64,000 nucleotides of DNA from contig CAYZOJ010000001.1 in the NCBI GenBank assembly GCA_964480195.1, forward strand, positions 651-64,650, written 5' to 3'. Source of the stretch: an uncultured Christensenellaceae bacterium. GTDB taxonomy: Bacteria; Bacillota; Clostridia; Christensenellales; DTU072. The translations under genes were made by a program, and so were the position numbers. Below the pieces are notes generated by a model. The model did not search any database and had not been told where the DNA came from. It saw nothing but the letters and a program-made list of their open reading frames with translations. This document shows, in pieces, positions 10,637-19,300 of this stretch; positions within the stretch are counted from its first letter, which is position 1, and every line of letters begins with the position of its first letter.

Positions 10637-12446
10637 CGCTCTCACTCCTAAAATAGTTGTATACCGCTTGGGCGGTTTCCAAGCCGAAGCCCTCTACTTC
10701 CATTATTTCCTCGACGGTGGCGCTTGCAATCTTTTCGATCTTCTTAAAGTAACACAAAAGTGCCCTCGCACGCGTTTCGCCGACTCCCGGGATGTTTTTA
10801 AGATTAGACCTCGTCTGCCTTTCCGAACGCAACTTCCGATGATACGTTATTGCAAATCTATGAGCCTCGTCCCTGACGCGTTGGCAGAGTTTTAGCGCAA
10901 GACTGTCGCGCGGTAAAATTACGGGGTCAGAACAATGTGGTCTGAAAATTTCTTCTTCGCGCTTGGCAAGTCCTACAAGCGTTATCCCGGAGCCGTCCAT
11001 AACTTCAACGGCGGAACTCAACTGTCCTTTACCGCCGTCGACGATGATTAAATCGGGCTTTTCCGAAAACGACAAATCACCGCTCGCAAGTTCCGCTCTG
11101 CGCCTTGACAGCACCTCTCGCATACTCGCAAAATCGTCCGACCCGACAACCGTTTTAATGCGGAAGCGTCTATAGCGTTCCTTGGCGGGTTCGCCGTTTA
11201 TAAAGACGACCATACTCGCGACTTTGTCGGTACCGCTGATGTTGGAAATATCGTAACACTCGATGCGCTTGGGCGGTACGTCTAAAGAAAGATATTCTTT
11301 GAGCTGTGCCACGGCTCCCATAGTTAGGGATTCCTTAGTGGCTATTTTGGTTACCGATTTCAAGAGATATTCGCTTGCGTTGTTACGTGCAAGAGCCACA
11401 AGCTGTCCGCGCGCTCCGCCCTTGGGTGTGAGGACTGCGACGCGCTGTCCGCGCTTGGAACTTAGATAATCTTTAAGTTCCGCTTCGAACGTAATGTCGT
11501 CGGACAAGCATATTTCGTCCGCGACTACGGGGTTCTTTTCGTAAAACTGCATTACATAGCTCGACAAAACCTCGTCGGCTTCCCCACACTCGTTTAGCGG
11601 GAAATTCTCGCTTCCGATGACCTTGCCACCGCGGACGACAGTATAGTTAATCGCGCCGTACATCCCGTCCGACGCGTATGCGAAAATGTCGAGATTAAAG
11701 TCCTTGGGAAGGTTTACCGTCTGCTTTCTAACAAGCTTATCGAGGAGCTCCAGATTATCGCGATACTGTATCGCAAGCTCGAATTCCTCGTGTTCTACGG
11801 CGTCCGCAAGCTTGGCTTCCAAAAGCTCTCGCGCCTCTTTATCGTTGCCGGATAAAAAGGACATAACCTTTTTGACAATCTCTTTGTATTCCTCCGACGT
11901 GATACGTCCCGTACAAGGCGCCTTACATCTCCCGATATGGTAATTAAGGCACTCGCGCGCGCCAGCCTTTTTCTTGACTTCGCCGTTACAGCTTCTTATC
12001 GGATAAACGCTATGTATAAGCTCCATTGTCGCCGTTGCGGAAAGCCCCAACATATACGGTCCGAAATACTTGCTTCCGTCAGCACGTAAACGTCTTGTAA
12101 CCTCGATACGCGGGAAATCCTCTTTGACTCTGACCTTTATATACGGATAAGTTTTGTCGTCCTTTAATAGAATGTTATAGTACGGCTTATATTGTTTGAT
12201 GAGATTGTTTTCGAGAACCAACGCTTCAACTTCGGAAGACGTTACTATATATCTGAAATCGCGGATCTTTTCGACAAGCAGAATGGTCTTTTCCGTCTTT
12301 GTCGCGGAATGGAAAAAGTACTGTCTTACGCGGTTTTTAAGGTTCTTCGCCTTGCCGACGTAAATGACTTGCCCGTACTCGTCAAGCATTAGATATACAC
12401 CGCTCGACGACGGTAAATCTTTTAATTTTTCCGTAAAATCCAACAT
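10626..12446 (-). CDS. uvrC: excinuclease ABC subunit C
   Basis: GIY-YIG N-terminal domain (GVYLMLDEYGQVIYVGKAKNLKNRVRQY), a UVR domain, and a C-terminal RNase H-like plus (HhH)2 region. 606 aa. Confidence 0.95.
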   Translation of the reverse strand: MLDFTEKLKDLPSSSGVYLMLDEYGQVIYVGKAKNLKNRVRQYFFHSATKTEKTILLVEKIRDFRYIVTSSEVEALVLENNLIKQYKPYYNILLKDDKTYPYIKVRVKEDFPRIEVTRRLRADGSKYFGPYMLGLSATATMELIHSVYPIRSCNGEVKKKAGARECLNYHIGRCKAPCTGRITSEEYKEIVKKVMSFLSGNDKEARELLEAKLADAVEHEEFELAIQYRDNLELLDKLVRKQTVNLPKDFNLDIFAYASDGMYGAINYTVVRGGKVIGSENFPLNECGEADEVLSSYVMQFYEKNPVVADEICLSDDITFEAELKDYLSSKRGQRVAVLTPKGGARGQLVALARNNASEYLLKSVTKIATKESLTMGAVAQLKEYLSLDVPPKRIECYDISNISGTDKVASMVVFINGEPAKERYRRFRIKTVVGSDDFASMREVLSRRRAELASGDLSFSEKPDLIIVDGGKGQLSSAVEVMDGSGITLVGLAKREEEIFRPHCSDPVILPRDSLALKLCQRVRDEAHRFAITYHRKLRSERQTRSNLKNIPGVGETRARALLCYFKKIEKIASATVEEIMEVEGFGLETAQAVYNYFRSESDEV

Positions 12447-12452
12447 ACTTAG

Positions 12453-12481
12453 ATTATAACCTATATTCTATCTAAAGTTAA
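12453..12481 (-). promoter_or_regulatory. putative sigma-70-type promoter abutting the uvrC start
   Basis: On the minus strand, TTAACT (12481-12476) is followed by a 17-nt spacer and TATAAT (12458-12453). Only 6 nt separate the -10 box from the ATG at 12446, and no SD is visible. Confidence 0.3.
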
Positions 12482-12499
12482 GTAAATCCAAAAAATTGG

Positions 12500-12531
12500 A
12501 TAAAAAATAAAGCACCTGACTTGCAGGTGCT
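12500..12531 (-). terminator. rho-independent terminator-like hairpin closing the hairpin-array block
   Basis: agcacctg (12511-12518) pairs with caggtgct (12524-12531). On the minus strand it is followed by TTATTTTTTAT. Confidence 0.55.
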
Positions 12532-12544
12532 TAACTCAACTCCT

Positions 12545-12765
12545 AATCCGCTTAAATCAACGGCAACGCCGTTGTTAGCCATCACGCGATAGCGTGTGGT
12601 CAATCACACGTAGTGTGTATATCATCAACGCGTAGCGTTGTATATCATCACGCGCAAGCGTGTATATCATCAATCCGAAGGAATACACACTTCGTGTGAT
12701 GACATACAGCTCCGCTGATTACATACGCCTTTCGGCGATTACATACCTATCCTTCGGATTGGATA
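12545..12765. repeat. mini-hairpin array C (type-1 units, inverted relative to array A)
   Basis: About 10 consecutive 5-6 bp stem hairpins, e.g. caacgg-caacg-ccgttg, cacgc-gata-gcgtg, cacac-gta-gtgtg, aacgc-gta-gcgtt, cacgc-gcaa-gcgtg and cacac-ttc-gtgtg. They are separated by the linker tatatcatca, which is the reverse complement of tgatgatata in array A. Confidence 0.85.
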
Positions 12766-12799
12766 AAAAAAATCGCATCTTATCAAGATGCGATTTTTT
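12763..12799 (-). terminator. rho-independent terminator of tRNA-Glu
   Basis: aatcgcatctt (12771-12781) pairs with aagatgcgatt (12785-12795). On the minus strand it is followed by a run of 8 T. Confidence 0.8.
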
Positions 12800-12874
12800 T
12801 GGTACCCCCATGGGGACTCGAACCCCAGATTCCGCCGTGAGAGGGCGACGTCTTAACCGCTTGACCATGAGGGC
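12800..12874 (-). tRNA. tRNA-Glu (anticodon CUC), CCA encoded
   Basis: The reverse complement reads GCCCTCA TG GTC AAGCGGTTAA GAC G TCGCC CTCTCAC GGCGG AATC TGGGG TTCGAGT CCCCA TGGGGGT A CCA. It folds as a 75-nt cloverleaf with a T-loop TTCGAGT. The anticodon arm CGCCCT-CTC-ACGGCGG parallels classical tRNA-Glu. Confidence 0.88.
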
Positions 12875-12891
12875 ATAATCAATGCTCGTTT

Positions 12892-12920
12892 AGTATATCA
12901 TAGCTAAAAACATAGTGCAA
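12892..12920 (-). promoter_or_regulatory. putative promoter of tRNA-Glu
   Basis: On the minus strand, TTGCAC (12920-12915) is followed by a 17-nt spacer and TATACT (12897-12892). It lies about 17 nt upstream of the mature tRNA 5' end. Confidence 0.45.
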
Positions 12921-12984
12921 GCGAATTTTTACATTTTTAATTTTTTTACCGATTACGGAACATTTCTTTGTCATTCCTTGCTCC

Positions 12985-13542
12985 TTATATAAATACCTCG
13001 TAAAGGATTTTGACGCACTCTTTTAGCCTGCCTTGCAGTTGCTCGGCACTCTCTTTTGCTCCGTTTTTGAGCCACGCCGTTAAGAATGCAGACGTGCATA
13101 CCGTCATCGTCGTCATTAAATACGTCATTTGCTCGTCGTCGATATCCGCATTCGGAAAGAAAAATGCCTTGCTCGCGCCGAGATACTTCAAATGTGTATT
13201 GTAAAGAAAATCCATACGGTTACTGTCTACTACCGCCTTTAATAACGCCTTATGCTCCATCCACTTTTTGATGTACGTCAACGTCGTTACGTCGGGCTCG
13301 CGGGACTTCATTTCCGCATACTCGCGACCGACTTCTTCGAATATGCTATCGCATAAATACGACAATACGTCCGCAATATTATCAAAAAGCCTATAAAACG
13401 TCGCACGTCCGACCGATGACGCCTTTTGTACGTCCGTTACCGTTACTTCGGAAAAACTCTTGTTTTTAAGGCAAACAAGCAGTCCGTTGCCTATGCGCTT
13501 TGCAGACCTAATTGCCCTTTTGTCGTTTGAGATATGATACAT
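12985..13542 (-). CDS. TetR/AcrR family transcriptional regulator
   Basis: N-terminal HTH (FSEVTVTDVQKASSVGRATFYRLFDNIADVL). 185 aa. Divergent from the hydrolase operon. Confidence 0.88.
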   Translation of the reverse strand: MYHISNDKRAIRSAKRIGNGLLVCLKNKSFSEVTVTDVQKASSVGRATFYRLFDNIADVLSYLCDSIFEEVGREYAEMKSREPDVTTLTYIKKWMEHKALLKAVVDSNRMDFLYNTHLKYLGASKAFFFPNADIDDEQMTYLMTTMTVCTSAFLTAWLKNGAKESAEQLQGRLKECVKILYEVFI

Positions 13543-13556
13543 CTTCTTCTCCTTTT

Positions 13557-13617
13557 GTTCCGCAATCGAAAACCGATTTACGGAACTATTGTATCACAAA
13601 ATTCTATATGCTACAAT
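13557..13617 (+). promoter_or_regulatory. candidate TetR operator palindrome plus promoter of the hydrolase operon
   Basis: Imperfect palindrome gttccgcaatcg-aaaa-ccgatttacggaac (13557-13586), immediately followed by TTGTAT (13589-13594), a 17-nt spacer and TACAAT (13612-13617). Confidence 0.4.
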
Positions 13618-13644
13618 GATTTTAATAAAAAAGGAGATGTTTTT

Positions 13645-15498
13645 ATGGCTGACAAAAAATTTACGACGCTATACGATAAAGACGGGATAGCTATGCAAAT
13701 TCCCGTTCGCGACGCAATGTCGGTAGCCGATCCGCGCGCAAGATATACCGGATTCAAGCAAGAAAAAGTCGTTCTCAAAAAAGGTAGTGTACGTCTTAAA
13801 GGCGCAAAGCCTCTCGAATGCGACATTCTGCTCGAACGCGACGTGCCCGTTACTCTCCGCGACGGGATTACGATTTATACCGATATATTCCGTCCTGTCG
13901 AAGACGGCAAGTACCCCGCTCTCGTTGCACTAAGCCCATACGGAAAAGAAATCGGAACGCAATGGCTCGACGACGTTCCCATGCGTGCGGGAGTACCCAA
14001 AAAAGCGGTTTCCGGGTTACAGAAATTCGAGGGACCGGATCCCGTTTACTGGGTTAAGCACGGATATGCCGTCATAAATCCGGACGTCAGAGGCGCATAT
14101 AAATCAGAGGGCGTGATACTGTTTTTCGGGAGCGACTACGGAAGAGATGCGCGCGACATTATAGATTGGATCGGTACGCAGTCTTGGTGCAACGGAAACG
14201 TCGGGCTTTCGGGGAACTCTTGGCTTGCGATTTCTCAATGGTTTACCGCAGCCCAACACCCGACGCATCTAAAAGCTATCGCGCCTTGGGAAGGTCTTAC
14301 GGATTGTTATCGCGAAGTCGGCACGCGCGGAGGCGTTGTCATGCCGGAGTTTGTAGAGCTCCTTGCGCAGTCTTTCCCTTCCACCTCAGACGGCGGTGTC
14401 GAAGACGTAATAGAAATGCTAAAAGCGAACCCTACTTGGAATAATTATTGGGAAGACAAACGAGCCGATCTCGAATCCATCACCACCCCCGCTTACATTG
14501 TAGCAAGTTACACCAACCCTATCCATACAAACGGCTCTATAGAAGGTTTTATGCGCATAGCGTCTAAAGATAAATGGCTTCGCATTCACAATACCGGCGA
14601 ATGGGACGACTATTACAATGAAGAACACACCGAAGACCTACGAAAGTTTTTCGATTACTTCCTTAAAGGCGTAAACAACGGTTGGGAAAAGACCCCTCGC
14701 GTTCGTATGAGCGTACTCGATCCCGGCGGGAAAGACATCATCGACCGCGAAGAGAACGAATACCCTCTTTTAAGAACACGCTACCGCAAACTCTATCTTG
14801 ACGGCGCGACCAAAACGCTTGTCCCCACACAACCCACTACCGAAACTTTTAACTACTACGATTCGGACGACAAAAAAGGCTCGATATCGTATAAGTACAG
14901 AATGACGGAGAACACCGAAATCGGCGGTTTTATAAAACTCCGCCTTTGGGCAGAAGCTCCCGATCACGACGACATGGACATTCAGGTTACTCTCGAAAAG
15001 CTCTCGAGGTGCGGAAAAAGAATCGGGCTAAATCCGATGAAACGCGTATCGGCAAAAGGATATATACGCGCGTCGCTACGCAAACTCGACGAAAATCGCA
15101 GTACGGAAGAGTACCCATATCAAATATTCGACGAAGTGCAAAAACTCGAAAAAGGCGAAATCGTGCCTCTCGACATTGCCATATGGCCCATGGGCTTGAA
15201 ATTCCGTAAAGGAGAGATTTTACAGATAACCGTTTCGGCATACAAGACAACCGAATGGGCAAGCCCTTTCGACTTAAAAATGGCAACGCTTAAAGTCGCA
15301 AAAGACGGGTTTACTTACTTCCCGTCCGAAAAGTCCGAAATGATAACTATCGGCGGAGTTTCGGGAGGACTAACCGGAGGCATAGACAGCTCTCGCCTTC
15401 CGAAAGACGTAAATAAAGGTAGACACGTCATTCATACCGGCGGTAAATTCGACAGTTACCTGTATCTACCCGTAATACCTAAAAAGGAGAATATCTAA
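13645..15498 (+). CDS. CocE/NonD family (S15 X-Pro dipeptidyl-peptidase-like) alpha/beta hydrolase
   Basis: The ATG at 13645 is in frame with ORF 13534..15498 and lies 7 nt after aaggag. A nucleophile-elbow-like GLSGNSWLA and a C-terminal beta-sandwich region are typical of the family. Confidence 0.8.
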   Translation: MADKKFTTLYDKDGIAMQIPVRDAMSVADPRARYTGFKQEKVVLKKGSVRLKGAKPLECDILLERDVPVTLRDGITIYTDIFRPVEDGKYPALVALSPYGKEIGTQWLDDVPMRAGVPKKAVSGLQKFEGPDPVYWVKHGYAVINPDVRGAYKSEGVILFFGSDYGRDARDIIDWIGTQSWCNGNVGLSGNSWLAISQWFTAAQHPTHLKAIAPWEGLTDCYREVGTRGGVVMPEFVELLAQSFPSTSDGGVEDVIEMLKANPTWNNYWEDKRADLESITTPAYIVASYTNPIHTNGSIEGFMRIASKDKWLRIHNTGEWDDYYNEEHTEDLRKFFDYFLKGVNNGWEKTPRVRMSVLDPGGKDIIDREENEYPLLRTRYRKLYLDGATKTLVPTQPTTETFNYYDSDDKKGSISYKYRMTENTEIGGFIKLRLWAEAPDHDDMDIQVTLEKLSRCGKRIGLNPMKRVSAKGYIRASLRKLDENRSTEEYPYQIFDEVQKLEKGEIVPLDIAIWPMGLKFRKGEILQITVSAYKTTEWASPFDLKMATLKVAKDGFTYFPSEKSEMITIGGVSGGLTGGIDSSRLPKDVNKGRHVIHTGGKFDSYLYLPVIPKKENI

Positions 15499-16205
15499 TG
15501 GAAACCGTAATCAATGCTTGGCTTTCCGTATGGCTTTACGTCATGGCGGGTATCGGCGTTTTCTTAGCAGTAAAAGTATGGAAAAATCGTAAAACTTGGG
15601 ACACCATCAATATACTTTGCACTATCGCGATAATAGTTTTGGTCCTACACGTAATAGAAGAATGGGTTTTGCCCGGAGGGCTACATTATTCTTACAACAT
15701 CAGCCACGGTTCAAAAGACCTCGCGCGCTATCCTATGAACAGATTGACGGATATGATTACCAATTTCGGCGGAGTTGTCCTCGGATGCGTCGTTCTTAAA
15801 ATTTGGGGATTCAGAAAGCCTGCGGGGATTGCCGTAATGCTATTTTCGTTATTCGAAGTCGTAATACATATAGTCATAGGAATAACTTCGCTCATAACTT
15901 TCGGAAAATACGGAATGCAAACAATCTACTCACCGGGGCTTATTACGTCGTTATTCGGCTTCCTACCCGTTGCTATAGGGCTTGCCGTGCACCTATTCAA
16001 AAAGCCTAACCGCGCTTCCGTAAAGCAATGGATAATGGCTGTCGTCGCTATGTTTGCGCTTTGCTTCTTATTTATCAATTTGCCCGAAATGGTACTCGGG
16101 GACGAAAACAGTCCCTACGCATTTACCGATCGCGGTTACTACGAACGATACGCCGAAGAATTCGAAGCCGACAACGATTACGAATACGGCGAACAGGACG
16201 AATAA
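15498..16205 (+). CDS. HXXEE domain-containing membrane protein
   Basis: HVIEEW motif in the second hydrophobic segment and about 6 TM helices. The start overlaps the hydrolase stop (TAATG). Confidence 0.75.
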   Translation: METVINAWLSVWLYVMAGIGVFLAVKVWKNRKTWDTINILCTIAIIVLVLHVIEEWVLPGGLHYSYNISHGSKDLARYPMNRLTDMITNFGGVVLGCVVLKIWGFRKPAGIAVMLFSLFEVVIHIVIGITSLITFGKYGMQTIYSPGLITSLFGFLPVAIGLAVHLFKKPNRASVKQWIMAVVAMFALCFLFINLPEMVLGDENSPYAFTDRGYYERYAEEFEADNDYEYGEQDE

Positions 16206-16228
16206 ACTTAATCTAATCGCAACGATAT

Positions 16229-16267
16229 AAAAAAGGAAGCGGATCGACAAAATGTCGGTCCGCTTCC
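16229..16267 (-). terminator. rho-independent terminator of the giant lipoprotein gene (also sits after the convergent HXXEE gene)
   Basis: ggaagcggatcgac (16235-16248) pairs with gtcggtccgcttcc (16254-16267) as a 14-bp stem with one G.U pair. A T5 run follows on the minus strand only. Confidence 0.75.
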
Positions 16268-16300
16268 TACAAGGGGGAAAAATATGAGTTTTTTTCTTGA

Positions 16301-19300
16301 TTAAATGAGCGGAGTTTTGTTTTTCAACGCTCTTTGGGTGTAGGCACCGCTGTCCGCTATCGCCGTAACGTACTTGTAAACGGTCAACGAGGTTGCTTCG
16401 GGTGCCGTTACGGAATTGTAGTTATAGATTGATATGAACGTCGCGGGCGCATCGTTAATGTCGATGTCGCTGTACTTGTTCGCATCTCCCGAACCGTAGA
16501 CACTGCCGTTCGCCATATACCAGCCGTTCATATCGGCGTAATGCGGGAGATAGAATACGGCGGACTCTCCGTCTATGGTTACGTCAATCTTGTGGTAATA
16601 GAGCTTGGCGCCCTTGGAATCGGTAAGCGTTACGCCGTTCCTTACAAGGTTCGTGCCGAGTTCGGAATCACCGCCGACGTAGTTTTTGAGGTTCATTTCG
16701 TCCATATTAAGGTCGACAGTAATCTTGTGGGTTCCTACCGCACTATTGCTTTCGCTCAACTTGAATTCTTGCGCCAAGGAGTATACGGAACCGTAACGGA
16801 ATTTGAATACGAGTTTGTTTGCTTCCAAGTCGTAATCGAGGTATGCGCCGTAGAAGAGGTTCGGGTTGTACTCGTCATAGACAGCGCTTTCCGCAAGAGC
16901 CATACCTACCGTGCCGTTTGCCGACTCTACGCCGAACTCGAATTCGATATTGTTATATGCCGAGTATCTGGCGGTACCGACGCCGTCGGCAAGCTTTAAC
17001 GTGCTACCCGCTTTGAGGGTTACCGCGCTTCCGTTGTACATAGTGTACTCGTCGTCGATAAGATAATCGTTATAGGCGTGGTCGTTTTCGACAAAGAGCA
17101 GTTTGTTGTTGGTTACGCGCGTCGCGTTACCGGTGAGCATTACAAACGGCTGTGCGTCGCCTATATCGCCGATACTTGCAAGGTCTACATCCTGCCACGT
17201 AGTCGTGCCGATTTGACGGATACGAATCTTGGCAGAACCGTTACCCATAGCACCGAGTTTATCGTAGTACGCTCTGACTTCGAATCCGACGCCGAGCGCG
17301 CTACCCTTGACATTGCTGTACAGTTGGGTCGTAACGGTCGTAACTTCGGTTGCATCCTTTTCTATACAACGAACGTCGAGATAAACGTCGTAATAATAAT
17401 CGTAAGTTTCGGTTTTGTCGTAGACTTCTTGCGAATTCTGATGACGTTCGAAGCGCAAACGTGCGCCCTTGACGTTGGGATTGGTTGCTATCGACAATGC
17501 GTAATCGGACGTTGCGGTTTTGAGTCCGTTAATGTTATTCGTCGAATATCCGCCTTCCGCGAACAAGTTATAGTAAAGAACGTTAGTTCCCGCTTCGTAA
17601 ATAGCATTACCCGTCAACTGCGCATAACTCGCTATTCTGTCCAAAGTGAACGAGTGCGAATAGTACGAAGGCGCATACATTCCGTTTCCGGTGCTCGATT
17701 CGGTGTCCGTGGCGTAGAGCATATAGCTTCTTGCCGTTGCCGCGTCACTTGTTACAAGGTCGCTGTCGCCGTCAAACGAAGAGTTGACGAGAGGCGTATA
17801 CATACGTAATTTGCTACCCGCGGTAACGATTTCGCCCGTTCCTCCGCTGACGTCGAATGCAAGAGATGTAACGCTCCTCGTTACGGTTACTATTGTATAG
17901 TCGGTATCCAGCAACGCGCCGTTATAGTAGAGAGCAAGCTCTATCATATGCGAACCGCGACCGAGAATGACATTTGCGGGCTCTTCCGCCTTTTCGCCGT
18001 CGACATAGTATTCGGTCGTAAATGCCGAACCGAGCTTCGAAGGCAGACCGAAGAAGTTGTTAAGTAAGCTTGCGTTCGTCTTGAAGAACGCTTCACTCGT
18101 ATCGACGCTTATTACGCCGTTCGCGTTTTGTGCGATGTCGATAAACGTGCCGGTGTGCTCGTACAAGCCTTGCTCGGTTAATGTAAGCGAACCTAACGCG
18201 TACTTCATCGTCGAGGAGATGTAGAACTTGCGAGCATCGGAATCGGCGCCCGTCAAATACGCGCGAGCACTCGTAATGCCGTCTATTGCCGATATGTCCT
18301 TGATTGCGCCGGAGCTTCCGTCAATCGAGGCAATCACCGTTATCAACTCTTTATTGAACTTAATGCGCAAGTCGTGGCTGTAACCGTCAAAGAGCTTGGA
18401 GCAATCCATCGCGTAATTAGCTGTCGACATTGCCGTGAGTTTACCGCCGGATACGCTATAAAGCGTTACGACTGCGTTCGAAACGTCGCTTCTGTTAAAC
18501 GTCATCGCAAGAGCGTATCCGTTAGAAGAAACATCACCCGCAAACACAACGGTGAATTTGTTTTCGCCCTCGGTTTCGGCAAGTCTTACGCGCATACGTA
18601 TTCCGTCGAAATCGTAGGCGTTCTTAGTCGAAACGAACGTTGAATCTCCCGTCGCATTATTGAGTTTACCGTATGTCAAACCGCTTATTTCGGGATCCGA
18701 AACCGTCGATGTCTTGTTCGCATAGAAACGCGTCGGAATGTAGCTCGAAAGCCCGTCGACTTTGGTGGTATCGTACGTATTTTGTCTTGCGTCATCGACA
18801 CGAACTTCTTGGGTCTGAGAGCCAATGGTCGTCGCGTAACTTACTTCGTAGTTAAGGTTCGACATCAAATCGAACAACTTGCATTGGTAGTCGTACTTAA
18901 CCGTTATATAGTTCGTCTTACCGACGGCGCAGGAATCAAGACCTTCGATAACGATACTACCGTTAGATCCGTCAACGATGAATCCCGATTCCAACGAACC
19001 GTTTACCATCATATACATTCCTACGGCGACGTTAAGTTTCTTCTTGACTTCTTCCATATTCGATAGATCTTCGGCAAGAAGTTTTTCCGTCCACTCCGCT
19101 ATTACGCTACGAACTTCGCGTTGGATATCGACCTTGAATTCTTTATAGTCGAGTACGACGTTGTATTCCTTGGTCGCAAAGCTCATTCCGCCGAGCTTCA
19201 TCGTTACGTAGTCGCCGTTTACGTCGTCTTGCGTGTAACCGACCTTGGTTATGCTGTGCGCGTAAAGTTCGCTACCCTTGTAGTACTCAATGTTCTTGCC

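Noticed and set aside
12660-12878. 72-aa plus-strand ORF across hairpin array C and the tRNA
   Set aside because: It overlaps the antisense of tRNA-Glu and its terminator, and it has no SD or recognisable family.
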